Source: Candidatus Hydrogenedentota bacterium | Lineage (GTDB): Bacteria; Hydrogenedentota; Hydrogenedentia; Hydrogenedentales; SLHB01 | Assembly (NCBI GenBank): GCA_963674865.2 | Contig: CAXXYE010000003.1 | Coordinates: 224,001 to 288,000, forward strand | Length of the DNA stretch: 64,000 nt | Direction: 5' to 3' | Shown here: positions 27,196 to 35,286 of the stretch, one piece after another | Layout of the letters: each line of letters begins with the position of its first letter | Position numbering within the stretch: the stretch's first letter is position 1 | The notes under the pieces: model-generated | What the model saw: the letters and a program-made list of their open reading frames with translations, nothing else | What the model was told of the DNA's origin: nothing | Database searches by the model: none | Translations under genes and position numbers: made by a program

Positions 27196-28466
27196 AGGCA
27201 CAACTCCGGGGCCGGGCGGCCGTCCGTGGGGCCGAGGATCACCGCGGCGCACTTGTCCAATTGAAACGCCTCCTGCGCCGCCTGCTGCATGCCCTCCGCG
27301 CTAACCGCGTCTACTTTCTCAATGATCTCTTCGAGGGGGATAATCCGGCCATAGTAGAGCATACCCTTGGCCATGCGCGCCATGCGATTGAACGTGCTTT
27401 CGAGCGACATGAGCATATTGCCTTTGAGCTGCTCGCGATTGCTCTCAACCTCGGCCTCGGGCGCGGGCTCCTCGCACATCTTCCGCAATTCCTCACTGCA
27501 AAGCTCCATACTCCGGGCGAGATTCTCCGGGGCGACGGCCGCATAGACGCCGATAGTCCCCGAGGCCAAGTAGCAGGAATGGAACGAATAGATCGAATAG
27601 GCAAGGCCCTCGTCCTCTCGAATGCGCTCGAATAGCCGGGAGGTGAACCCACCGCCGAGGGTGTTGCTGAGCATGTCGAACGTGTAGCGGCGCGCGTTGT
27701 CTAAAGGAGGTCCCGGAAAGCCAAAGCAGATGTGGCTCTGAGCAATCTCGCGGCCCACCACCCGCTTGCCTCCGCTGAACCGGGGCGGGGGAAACCCGTC
27801 TGGCGGCGTGCGCCGGGGCAGCGACTCAAACTCCCGTTCGAGGAAGGCCAGCACTTGGTCCGGCTCGAAGTTGCCCGCCACGGCAAATACCATGTTCTCG
27901 GGGCGATACCAGGCATCGTAGTAGGCGCGGATATCATCCAGGGACAGTGCCGATACGGTTTCGTAGTGGCCGACAATGGGCACGCCAAGGGCATGCCCGG
28001 CCCAAAGCTGTTCGGCGAACAAATCGTGGGCGTATTCCTCCGGCACATCGATAGCCGAGGAGATTTCCTCGAGAACCACATTGCGCTCTTTTTCGAGGTC
28101 GAGGAACTGGGAATGCTTCACGATATCCGCCAGGATGACAAGCGCGTCCTCGACGTGGGTGTCCAGCGTCCTGATATACACGCACGTGTATTCGCGTGCC
28201 GTGAAGGCGTTGATGTGGCCGCCCTTTCCCTCGATGGCCTCGACGAGTTGACGGGCGCTCCTCGTGGCGGTGCCCTTGAAGAAGAGGTGCTCGAGGAGAT
28301 GGGATATGCCCGCCTGCTCGGGGGCCTCATTCGCCGACCCCGTCTTTATCCAGATGCCCACGCTCGCCGAATGGAGATGGCGCAAAGGCTCAAGGGCCAC
28401 TACCATGCCGTTGGAAAACCGGTGGACTGTCGCCTCACCATTGGCCCTTGACACGATATGTTGCAT
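27192..28466 (-). CDS. M16 (pitrilysin) family zinc peptidase
   Basis: Inverted zinc motif HLLEH, plus NAFT and SRLFERIRE. Usual pnp-M16-dut synteny. Confidence 0.93.
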   Translation of the reverse strand: MQHIVSRANGEATVHRFSNGMVVALEPLRHLHSASVGIWIKTGSANEAPEQAGISHLLEHLFFKGTATRSARQLVEAIEGKGGHINAFTAREYTCVYIRTLDTHVEDALVILADIVKHSQFLDLEKERNVVLEEISSAIDVPEEYAHDLFAEQLWAGHALGVPIVGHYETVSALSLDDIRAYYDAWYRPENMVFAVAGNFEPDQVLAFLEREFESLPRRTPPDGFPPPRFSGGKRVVGREIAQSHICFGFPGPPLDNARRYTFDMLSNTLGGGFTSRLFERIREDEGLAYSIYSFHSCYLASGTIGVYAAVAPENLARSMELCSEELRKMCEEPAPEAEVESNREQLKGNMLMSLESTFNRMARMAKGMLYYGRIIPLEEIIEKVDAVSAEGMQQAAQEAFQLDKCAAVILGPTDGRPAPELCL

Positions 28467-28487
28467 ACGGACTTCCCTTGTGAGCGA

Positions 28488-28514
28488 ACGGCGCCCCCGA
28501 AGAGGGGGCGCCGT
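28488..28514. terminator. Stem-loop downstream of pnp
   Basis: ACGGCGCCCCC-GAAGA-GGGGGCGCCGT forms an 11-bp perfect stem. There is no clear U tract. Confidence 0.55.
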
Positions 28515-28530
28515 GATAGGACTGGGACGA

Positions 28531-30789
28531 TTAGCGGCGTCTTCGCGATTGGTTATCGCGGCCGCGCCGATCCGAGCGGCCGGAGCGATCTGAGCGATCC
28601 GAACGGCCCCGATTGTCGCGGTCTCGTGGCTCGCGGCTCTGCGAGTTGGAATGACGCTCCAGCTCGTCCTCGGACAGACGGCCCAACTCGATGTCGGCCG
28701 CAACCTTGGAGAGGTTAACCCGGCCCATACGATCGATCTCGGTGACCTTCACGTCAATCTCATCGCCCACGTTGACCACGTCCGTGACCTGGTTGACCCG
28801 GCCCGGCGCAAGCTCAGAGATATGGACGAGGCCCTCCTTGTTGCCGAGAACGGCGACAAACGCGCCGAAATTCATCAGGCGCGTCACGGGGCCGTGGTAA
28901 ACCTTGCCCACCTCGACCTCCGCCGTGATGGCCTCGATCATCTCGATGGCCGCGTCGGCGCTTTCCTGATCAACGGCGGCCACGTTGATGGTGCCGTCGT
29001 CCTCGATATCGATGTCGGCGCCCGTCTTGGCCTGGATCTCGCGAACCACCTTGCCGCCAGGCCCAATCACGTCGCGAATCTTCTCGACGTCGATCTTGAT
29101 CGTGTAGATGCGAGGCGCGAAGGGCGAGATCTCCGCACGCGGCTCCGCCAGACACTCCTGCATCTTGTCGAGGATGAACAACCTGCCGAGTCGCGCCTGC
29201 TCGAGGGCGCGCCGCATGATATCGCTCGAGATCCCGGCGACCTTGACGTCCATTTGGAACGCCGTGATTCCCTCGCGGGTGCCACATACCTTGAAATCCA
29301 TGTCGCCCAGATGATCTTCGACGCCCAGGATATCCGTCAGAATGCGAACTTCGTCGCCCTCTTTGATCAGGCCCATCGCGATCCCGGCCACGGGGCCTTT
29401 CGTCGGAACGCCGGCGTCCATGAGACTCAGTGAGCCGCCGCACACCGATGCCATCGAACTCGACCCATTGCTCTCCGTGATGTCCGACACGACCCGCACC
29501 GTGTAAGGAAAGATGTCTTCCCCATCGAACGGCAGCGAGCCCTCAAGGGCGCGCTCGGCGAGCTTGCCGTGACCTACTTCCCGCCGCCCCGGGCCGCGGA
29601 TGAAGCGCACTTCACCAACCGACCACGGCGGGAAATTGTAGTGAAGCATAAAGCGCTTGAATTCCTCGCCCGTCAACTCGTCGAGACGCTGTTCATCGCG
29701 GCTGGTCCCGAGCGTCGTCGTAACGAGAGCCTGTGTCTCGCCGCGAGTGAACAGGGAAGAGCCATGCGCGCGGGGGAGTACCCCCACCTCAATCGAGATG
29801 GGCCGGACGACGTCCAGTCCCCGGCCGTCGATACGTGTGTTGGTGGCGACTACCTGCTCGCGCATGAGCCGCTTCTCGAGCTTATCGAGGACCTCGCCGA
29901 TTTCGCCCGTGCATTCGGCGTAACGCTCTTCGCCGTAGCGCTGCGCAAGCTGCTCGTTGACTTCCTGCTTAAGCGCATCGATGGCGTCCTGCCGGGGCAG
30001 TTTCTCAGCGACCTTAAGGGCCTCCGCAAGCCGGCTGGCCGCAAGGTTCTCGACGTCGCTTACGACGGCCGTATCCAGTTCAACGGCCTCGACGGCCATC
30101 TTCTCGACACCAACTCGGGCGCGTAATTCTTCGATGGCCGCGCAGATCTCGCGAATGCAGTCATGGCCGATCTCGAGGGCTTGGATCATGACGTCCTCCG
30201 GGACCTCGGAAGCCATTCCCTCAACCATGAGGATGGCGTCGGCGGTACCGGCGATCACGATGTCCATAGCGCTATCGGCCATGTCTGCCATCGGAGGATT
30301 GACGGCCAACTCGCCGTCGAAGAGGCCCATGCGGACGGCGCCAATCGGGCCGGAGAATGGGATCTTTGATATGTGCAGTGCCGCCGACGCGCCGTTAATG
30401 GACATGATGTCCGGGTCGCGCTCGTTATCGGCGGAATACACCGTCGAGCAGACTTGCACCTCGTTGAGAAAGCCTTTGGGAAACAAGGGGCGGATCGGAC
30501 GATCCGTCAGGCGGCAGACGAGCACTTCGCGCTCGCTGGGGCGCCCTTCACGGCGGAAGAAGTTGCCCGGGATCTTGCCTGCGGCGAAACTCTTCTCGCG
30601 GTAATCAACAGTTAGTGGAAAGAAGCCCTGGCCGGGCCGCGCATCGGGTGAGACGCAGGCGGTAGACAGGACGACAGTCCCGCCACTCGAGACCCAGATG
30701 GCCCCGTGGGCTTGTTTTGCGACACGACCGGTTTCAAAACCGATCTCCGTGCCGCCAACGGTTACAGAGAGACGTTCAATCATGTGCAT
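28531..30789 (-). CDS. pnp: Polyribonucleotide nucleotidyltransferase (PNPase)
   Basis: Motifs FFRREGRP, RREVGHG, SNGSSS and DMDFKV, followed by KH and S1 domains. Confidence 0.98.
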   Translation of the reverse strand: MHMIERLSVTVGGTEIGFETGRVAKQAHGAIWVSSGGTVVLSTACVSPDARPGQGFFPLTVDYREKSFAAGKIPGNFFRREGRPSEREVLVCRLTDRPIRPLFPKGFLNEVQVCSTVYSADNERDPDIMSINGASAALHISKIPFSGPIGAVRMGLFDGELAVNPPMADMADSAMDIVIAGTADAILMVEGMASEVPEDVMIQALEIGHDCIREICAAIEELRARVGVEKMAVEAVELDTAVVSDVENLAASRLAEALKVAEKLPRQDAIDALKQEVNEQLAQRYGEERYAECTGEIGEVLDKLEKRLMREQVVATNTRIDGRGLDVVRPISIEVGVLPRAHGSSLFTRGETQALVTTTLGTSRDEQRLDELTGEEFKRFMLHYNFPPWSVGEVRFIRGPGRREVGHGKLAERALEGSLPFDGEDIFPYTVRVVSDITESNGSSSMASVCGGSLSLMDAGVPTKGPVAGIAMGLIKEGDEVRILTDILGVEDHLGDMDFKVCGTREGITAFQMDVKVAGISSDIMRRALEQARLGRLFILDKMQECLAEPRAEISPFAPRIYTIKIDVEKIRDVIGPGGKVVREIQAKTGADIDIEDDGTINVAAVDQESADAAIEMIEAITAEVEVGKVYHGPVTRLMNFGAFVAVLGNKEGLVHISELAPGRVNQVTDVVNVGDEIDVKVTEIDRMGRVNLSKVAADIELGRLSEDELERHSNSQSREPRDRDNRGRSDRSDRSGRSDRRGRDNQSRRRR

Positions 30790-30896
30790 TGCACTCCTTT
30801 GCTGATGGAACGTCTCCCACGCCGTCCCCAGCGTCTTGTTGGAACTCGGATTCTCCTAGTTCCTATGTCTTTTCTCGTTTTCGCGCAATTCCGGGC

Positions 30897-31169
30897 TTAT
30901 TTTCGGAGCCCGAGGGCTGCAACGACACTCCGGTAGCGTTCGATGTCGATGCCCCGGAGGTAGTTCAGCATGTTGCGCCGGCGTCCGACGAGCCTGAGAA
31001 GCCCGCGGCGTCCGGCGAAATCCTTGCCGTGACTCTTGAAATGTTCCGTCAGGTGGTTAATCCGCTCGGTGAGCAGGGCGATCTGGACTTCCGCTGAACC
31101 GGTATCCCCTTCGTGCCGCCCGAACTCCTTGATGATTTCCTGCTTCCGGTCTTTCTCGATTGCTGGCAT
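30897..31169 (-). CDS. rpsO: 30S ribosomal protein S15
   Basis: [13 protein letters not shown]...H...D...RRGL. ATG at 31169, upstream of pnp. Confidence 0.98.
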   Translation of the reverse strand: MPAIEKDRKQEIIKEFGRHEGDTGSAEVQIALLTERINHLTEHFKSHGKDFAGRRGLLRLVGRRRNMLNYLRGIDIERYRSVVAALGLRK

Positions 31170-31287
31170 TATGTCACCTTTCCTTTCTAATCCGCCCTGT
31201 TCCCAGTGTGCCGCCGGTGGAACGAACACCCGAGAACCGGGTAACTCCGGGGAGCCGCCGCATAGCGCCCCCCAATTCTACTTGTTG

Positions 31288-32520
31288 CTAAGCCTTATCC
31301 GTTAGGGCCGCGAGTCCGGGAAGGGTCTTCCCTTCCAGCATTTCCAGTGACGCGCCGCCCCCTGTTGACACATGGGACATCTTGTCCGCAAGGCCGAATT
31401 GGCCTACCGCGGCAGCCGTGTCGCCGCCGCCAATGATACTCGTCAGGTCCAGCGAAGCCAATAATTCGGCGAGGGCCTTCGTCCCCTTGCTGAACGGTTC
31501 CATCTCGAATACGCCCACAGGGCCGTTCCAGACCACGGTCTTGGCCTTCTTGATCGCCTCGGAGGCAAGCTCTGCCGTTTTCGGGCCGATGTCAAGGCCC
31601 TGCCAGCCCGGCTCAATTTCTCCCAGTGCAGCAACCTTGGTGTTGGCATCCTCCGCAAATGCGTCCGCCACAATCGTGTCGACCGGCAGCAGAAGTTCCA
31701 CGCCTTTTTCGGCGGCCTTGGCTATGGCCGCCTTGGCGGTGTCGATGCCTGCCTCATCGAGAAGCGAGTCGCCAATGGCGTGCCCCTGGGCCTTCAGGAA
31801 GGTATAGGCCATGGCGCCGCCGATGATCAGCGTATCCACCAAGTTGAGCAGGTTATCGATGACGAGGATCTTGTCGGACACTTTGACGCCGCCCAAGATC
31901 GCCACCAGGGGCCGATCTGGATTGCTCAGTAACTGCCCGAAGTACTCAATCTCTTTTGCCACGAGGAAACCCGCAGCACTCTGGGCCAGGTAATGCGTGA
32001 CGCCTTCCGTCGAAGCATGGGCGCGGTGCACGCTGCCGAATGCATCGCTGACGTACACGTCGCCCAGCTTGGCAAGTTGCTGGCTCAACTCAGGATCATT
32101 CTTCGTTTCGCCCTTGTTGAAGCGGGTGTTTTCGAGAAGGATGATGTCCCCGGGGACCATGGCCGCTACGGCTGCCTCGACCTCGGGGCCGACGACATCG
32201 TCTACCTTTTTCACGTTGCCGCCGACCAATTCCCTCAGCCGGTCGGCAATGGGGTCCATCTTGAGCGTCGCGTTCTTCTTGACGATCTTGGCCTTCTCTT
32301 CCTCGGACTCGGCCTTGCCCGGGTCCTTGGGCCGGCCCAAGTGAGACATCAGGATGAGCATGCCGCCGTTCTCGCGCACATAGTTGATGCTTTTCAGCGC
32401 GGCCCGGATCCGCATGTCATCGCGCACCGTACCGTCTTCGTTCTGCGGCACGTTGAAATCGACACGCATCAGAACGCGCTTCCCCTTAACATCAAGATCT
32501 TCAATGCTCAGCTTGTTCAT
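31288..32520 (-). CDS. pgk: Phosphoglycerate kinase
   Basis: Motifs RVDFNVP, SHLGRP, LLENTRF, WNGPVG and HVSTGGGASL. Confidence 0.98.
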   Translation of the reverse strand: MNKLSIEDLDVKGKRVLMRVDFNVPQNEDGTVRDDMRIRAALKSINYVRENGGMLILMSHLGRPKDPGKAESEEEKAKIVKKNATLKMDPIADRLRELVGGNVKKVDDVVGPEVEAAVAAMVPGDIILLENTRFNKGETKNDPELSQQLAKLGDVYVSDAFGSVHRAHASTEGVTHYLAQSAAGFLVAKEIEYFGQLLSNPDRPLVAILGGVKVSDKILVIDNLLNLVDTLIIGGAMAYTFLKAQGHAIGDSLLDEAGIDTAKAAIAKAAEKGVELLLPVDTIVADAFAEDANTKVAALGEIEPGWQGLDIGPKTAELASEAIKKAKTVVWNGPVGVFEMEPFSKGTKALAELLASLDLTSIIGGGDTAAAVGQFGLADKMSHVSTGGGASLEMLEGKTLPGLAALTDKA

Positions 32521-32543
32521 TGCTCCGGACCTCACTTTTCATG

Positions 32544-32575
32544 AAAAGGGCTGGCGCGATATGCCGCGCCAGCCC
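32544..32575 (-). terminator. Intrinsic terminator or attenuator between gap and pgk
   Basis: GGGCTGGCGCG-N6-CGCGCCAGCCC followed by TTTT on the minus strand. Confidence 0.75.
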
Positions 32576-32587
32576 GTATCCTCGTCG

Positions 32588-33583
32588 TTACGCCATCTTC
32601 TTGAAGAGGTCGACACAACGGCAGGAGTAACCCCACTCGTTGTCGTACCAGGAGATGACCTTCGCGAAGTTGCCGTCCATGACCGTCGTGCAAAGCGAGT
32701 CGAAAATGCTCGACGCCGGGTTGCCCACCACGTCGCGCGACACAATCGGATCTTCGCAGTACTCGAGAATGCCCTTGAGTGGGCCTTCGGCCGCCGTTTT
32801 CATGGCCGCGTTGAGCGCTTCCGCCGTCGTGTCCTTCTCAAGTTCGACGACGAGGTCGACTACAGAGCCATCGATCGTCGGGACACGCATGGCCATACCG
32901 TCAAGCTTGCCGTTCAGGGCCGGCAATACCTTGCCCACGGCGCGGGCGGCGCCGGTCGTCGTCGGAATGATCGATGCGGCTGCGGCACGGGCGCGACGCA
33001 GGTCGGAATGGGGCATGTCCAGCACGCGTTGGTCATTGGTGTACGCGTGCGTCGTCGTCATGAGGCCGCGCTTGATGCCGAACGACTCGTGCAGCACCTT
33101 CGCGACCGGCGCCAGGCAGTTCGTCGTGCAACTGGCGTTCGACACGACGACGTCGGAATCCTTCAATGCGTCGTCATTGACGCCCATCACCACGATGGCG
33201 TCCACGGCATCCTTCGGAGGTACGCTCAAGAGGACCCGCTTGGCGCCCGCCTCGACGTGCATCATGCACTGGTCCTTCTTGCGGAATACACCCGTCGACT
33301 CAAGGACGAGATCCACGCCCACCTCTTTCCAAGGAAGCTCGGCGGGATTCTTGATGGCCGTGATCGGGATTTCTTTGCCATCAACGATAATGGCGTTGTC
33401 GGTGCTGGAGATGGACTTCGCATAAACGCCGCTCACGCTGTCATACTTGAGCAAGTGCGCCAGGGTCTTGGCGTCCGTAATGTCGTTGACGCCAGCCACT
33501 TCGAAGCCGGGCTCGTCCATGAGCAGCTTGAACACGTTGCGCCCGATTCGCCCAAAGCCGTTAATTCCAATTTTCGTAGCCAT
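32588..33583 (-). CDS. gap: Type I glyceraldehyde-3-phosphate dehydrogenase
   Basis: Motifs GINGFGRIG, ASCTTNCLAP and WYDNEWGYS. ATG at 33583 after AAAGGA. Confidence 0.98.
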   Translation of the reverse strand: MATKIGINGFGRIGRNVFKLLMDEPGFEVAGVNDITDAKTLAHLLKYDSVSGVYAKSISSTDNAIIVDGKEIPITAIKNPAELPWKEVGVDLVLESTGVFRKKDQCMMHVEAGAKRVLLSVPPKDAVDAIVVMGVNDDALKDSDVVVSNASCTTNCLAPVAKVLHESFGIKRGLMTTTHAYTNDQRVLDMPHSDLRRARAAAASIIPTTTGAARAVGKVLPALNGKLDGMAMRVPTIDGSVVDLVVELEKDTTAEALNAAMKTAAEGPLKGILEYCEDPIVSRDVVGNPASSIFDSLCTTVMDGNFAKVISWYDNEWGYSCRCVDLFKKMA

Positions 33584-33783
33584 TGTTTTGCTTCCTTTCG
33601 TCCTGAAGACAACGGGTTCAAAAGGGTTCCTGCGTTCTCCCGGCAGAACCTGCCCCGCCCAAGCACAGGGCAGACTACACGTGCAGATTGGGGTGAACAT
33701 CGCAGAAGACGCAATTGCGCCTCGCCCGGACAAGCCCCGGCATGCGCCCAAGGCTATCCCTTGCCGCCTCTGCAATTGCCGCG

Positions 33784-33814
33784 TACTATGCCATACTCCG
33801 GGCGGCCAAGTCAA
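33784..33814 (-). promoter_or_regulatory. Putative sigma70 promoter for gap
   Basis: TTGACT-N18-CATAGT with an extended -10 TG. Confidence 0.45.
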
Positions 33815-34120
33815 AAACCCCTCAAGCCGCTGAGTCTGCAAGCGCCGTGCGCCGGAGACCTGGGAGCCCGCTCCTTCCCGAGGCGGAACGCCGCCCGATG
33901 GGAGAGCTCGGTTTTCTCGCCAAGTCACTGTTCTCAAATGGCTTTGGCGCGCCCTTGGCGACTCGGCCGCCGGATCGCGGCGAAGCCGGAAAGGCCTGCA
34001 CAGGAACCGCCGGGCCTTGTGCCTGCCCGGCACAATGGCCCGCGGCCCCTGGTGTCGTCCCATGAGTATGCCCCCGTACCCCCGGCAGCGCCGCACGCGT
34101 TAGCGCGTGAGCTGCCCCTC

Positions 34121-34543
34121 CTAGCCCGCCTCGGCCAGCTTCTCCTCAAGTACGGCTAGAGCCGTGTCGATACCGTCGAAGCCGTTTTCCTGGACGAGTT
34201 TACGAAGCTTGGGTATGGCTCCGCCGACCTTCCTGCCACCCCGTAGGGTGCCGAACAAGTGCCGACTGACAGTAGACTGCGCCAAATCAAGGATTTGGGC
34301 GATATCTTCCTGAGTCTTGCCATACCTATAATAGAGCATGACGACTTGACGCTGCCGCGAGGTGAGCGTCGAGTCGATGAGTTCGTCGACGAAAGGCGTA
34401 ACCGCCCTGAAGAAGTCTTGAAAAGCATACCGCCGTTGCCGATCCTCCGTGGATTCAAACCACAGGGACCGCTCCGCGGAGATGCTCTCAAGGACCTGCG
34501 AGTCGACTGAAAACTCCCTGAAGTTGAGATTCATCTGGGCCAT
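34121..34543 (-). CDS. Small protein with only a sigma-70 region 4-type HTH
   Basis: LTSRQRQVVMLYYRYGKTQEDIAQILDLAQSTVSRHL. About 140 aa, with no recognisable sigma region 2. Confidence 0.8.
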   Translation of the reverse strand: MAQMNLNFREFSVDSQVLESISAERSLWFESTEDRQRRYAFQDFFRAVTPFVDELIDSTLTSRQRQVVMLYYRYGKTQEDIAQILDLAQSTVSRHLFGTLRGGRKVGGAIPKLRKLVQENGFDGIDTALAVLEEKLAEAG

Positions 34544-34664
34544 TTTGAGCATTTCCTTCGTTTTCGTAGAATCGGACAGAGAAGAATGTGGTTGGGGCGG
34601 CGGAAGCCGTCCCGTTCGGGTTCGCGGTATGCTGTGCCGGAATTCGTACGCGTGTGAATCGCAT
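34488..34664 (-). CDS. Possible 58-aa upstream ORF or leader peptide
   Basis: AAGGAGG lies 8 nt before the ATG at 34664. The ORF overlaps the first 56 nt of the sigma4 gene out of frame. Confidence 0.35.
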   Translation of the reverse strand: MRFTRVRIPAQHTANPNGTASAAPTTFFSVRFYENEGNAQNGPDESQLQGVFSRLAGP

Positions 34665-34744
34665 CGCTCGTTCCTCCTTCGGTGGTGGTTCTTCGCCAAC
34701 GTTCTCATGCGCCGTCAGGTACATCCCTTTCGGCGCGGTAGCCC

Positions 34745-34788
34745 AAAATGAAATCGCCGCAGGTCGGCTGATCCGGCCTGCGGCGATT
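34745..34788 (-). terminator. Intrinsic terminator in the leader of the sigma4 gene
   Basis: AATCGCCGCAGGCCGG-ATCAG-CCGACCTGCGGCGATT followed by TCATTTT. Confidence 0.7.
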
Positions 34789-34990
34789 GGCGTCGAATAG
34801 TTTTGCTGAGGAGTTACGCCATAACGCCTACCTCGCGGCCGGACCCGAGGGCGGTAATTCGGTGCATTCTTACCGTCGAGGGTGCCTGGGCACACGTCAC
34901 CACACGCCACACCGGCGACGGTATAAAGCTCTGATACTTCATGTGGTGCGCTCCCTAGGTTAATGGCCGCGGCTTCAAGTGCTGTGTTGT
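34745..34990 (-). ncRNA. Candidate structured ncRNA or cis-regulatory leader, family unassigned
   Basis: Bounded by a promoter and a terminator. Nested pairings are CGCGGCC/GGCCGCG, CCTAGGG/CCCTCGG, TACCGTCG/CGACGGTA and GGTG/CACC, with a GU-rich apical stem. Confidence 0.5.
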
Positions 34991-34996
34991 GAGAGT

Positions 34997-35025
34997 ATGA
35001 TATCAGGATGACCCGCGAAGCGCAA
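34997..35025 (-). promoter_or_regulatory. Putative sigma70 promoter
   Basis: TTGCGC-N17-TATCAT with an extended -10 TG. Confidence 0.6.
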
Positions 35026-35229
35026 GCCCCGGCGGGCTCTGAAAAACCACATCTCTCGTTTACAAAAGGGACTATGCATACTTTTTTAGGTCCGAAAACG
35101 AAGTAGACCGCACAATTTTGCACAGATTGTCAGTCTAGCGCCCGTTTTGGTCAAAAGCGTACACTTGTCGGGGCATAGCCTTTCTTTCTAAGTGCTTTTA
35201 TATGAAGATGTTATATCGTCGCTCCGATC

Positions 35230-35245
35230 TGGCACGCCCCTTGCC
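35230..35245 (+). promoter_or_regulatory. Putative sigma54 (-24/-12) promoter
   Basis: TGGCACG-CCCC-TTGC matches the TGGCACG-N4-TTGC consensus, about 40 nt before the ATG. Confidence 0.7.
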
Positions 35246-35286
35246 TATAGCAAAGGCACGTTTACGATAGGGAGGAGGCGGTAGAC

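Noticed and set aside
33584..34096. 170-aa N-terminal extension of GAPDH in the ORF track
   Set aside because: The translation is low-complexity Arg/Gly/Pro, and a good RBS plus the canonical GAPDH start lie at 33583.
32384..34159. 591-aa plus-strand ORF
   Set aside because: It is an antisense shadow of gap and pgk, as expected from GC-rich codon bias.
34640..34700. Glycine riboswitch-like CACCGAAGGAG on the minus strand
   Set aside because: There is no upstream GGAGA or downstream CTCTCAGG element. It is better explained as an RBS.
34805..34832. Fluoride riboswitch-like GGAGTTACGCCATAACGC on the plus strand
   Set aside because: It lacks the adjoining GGCGAT start and the GCTRATGAC pseudoknot strand, and no fluoride-related gene follows.
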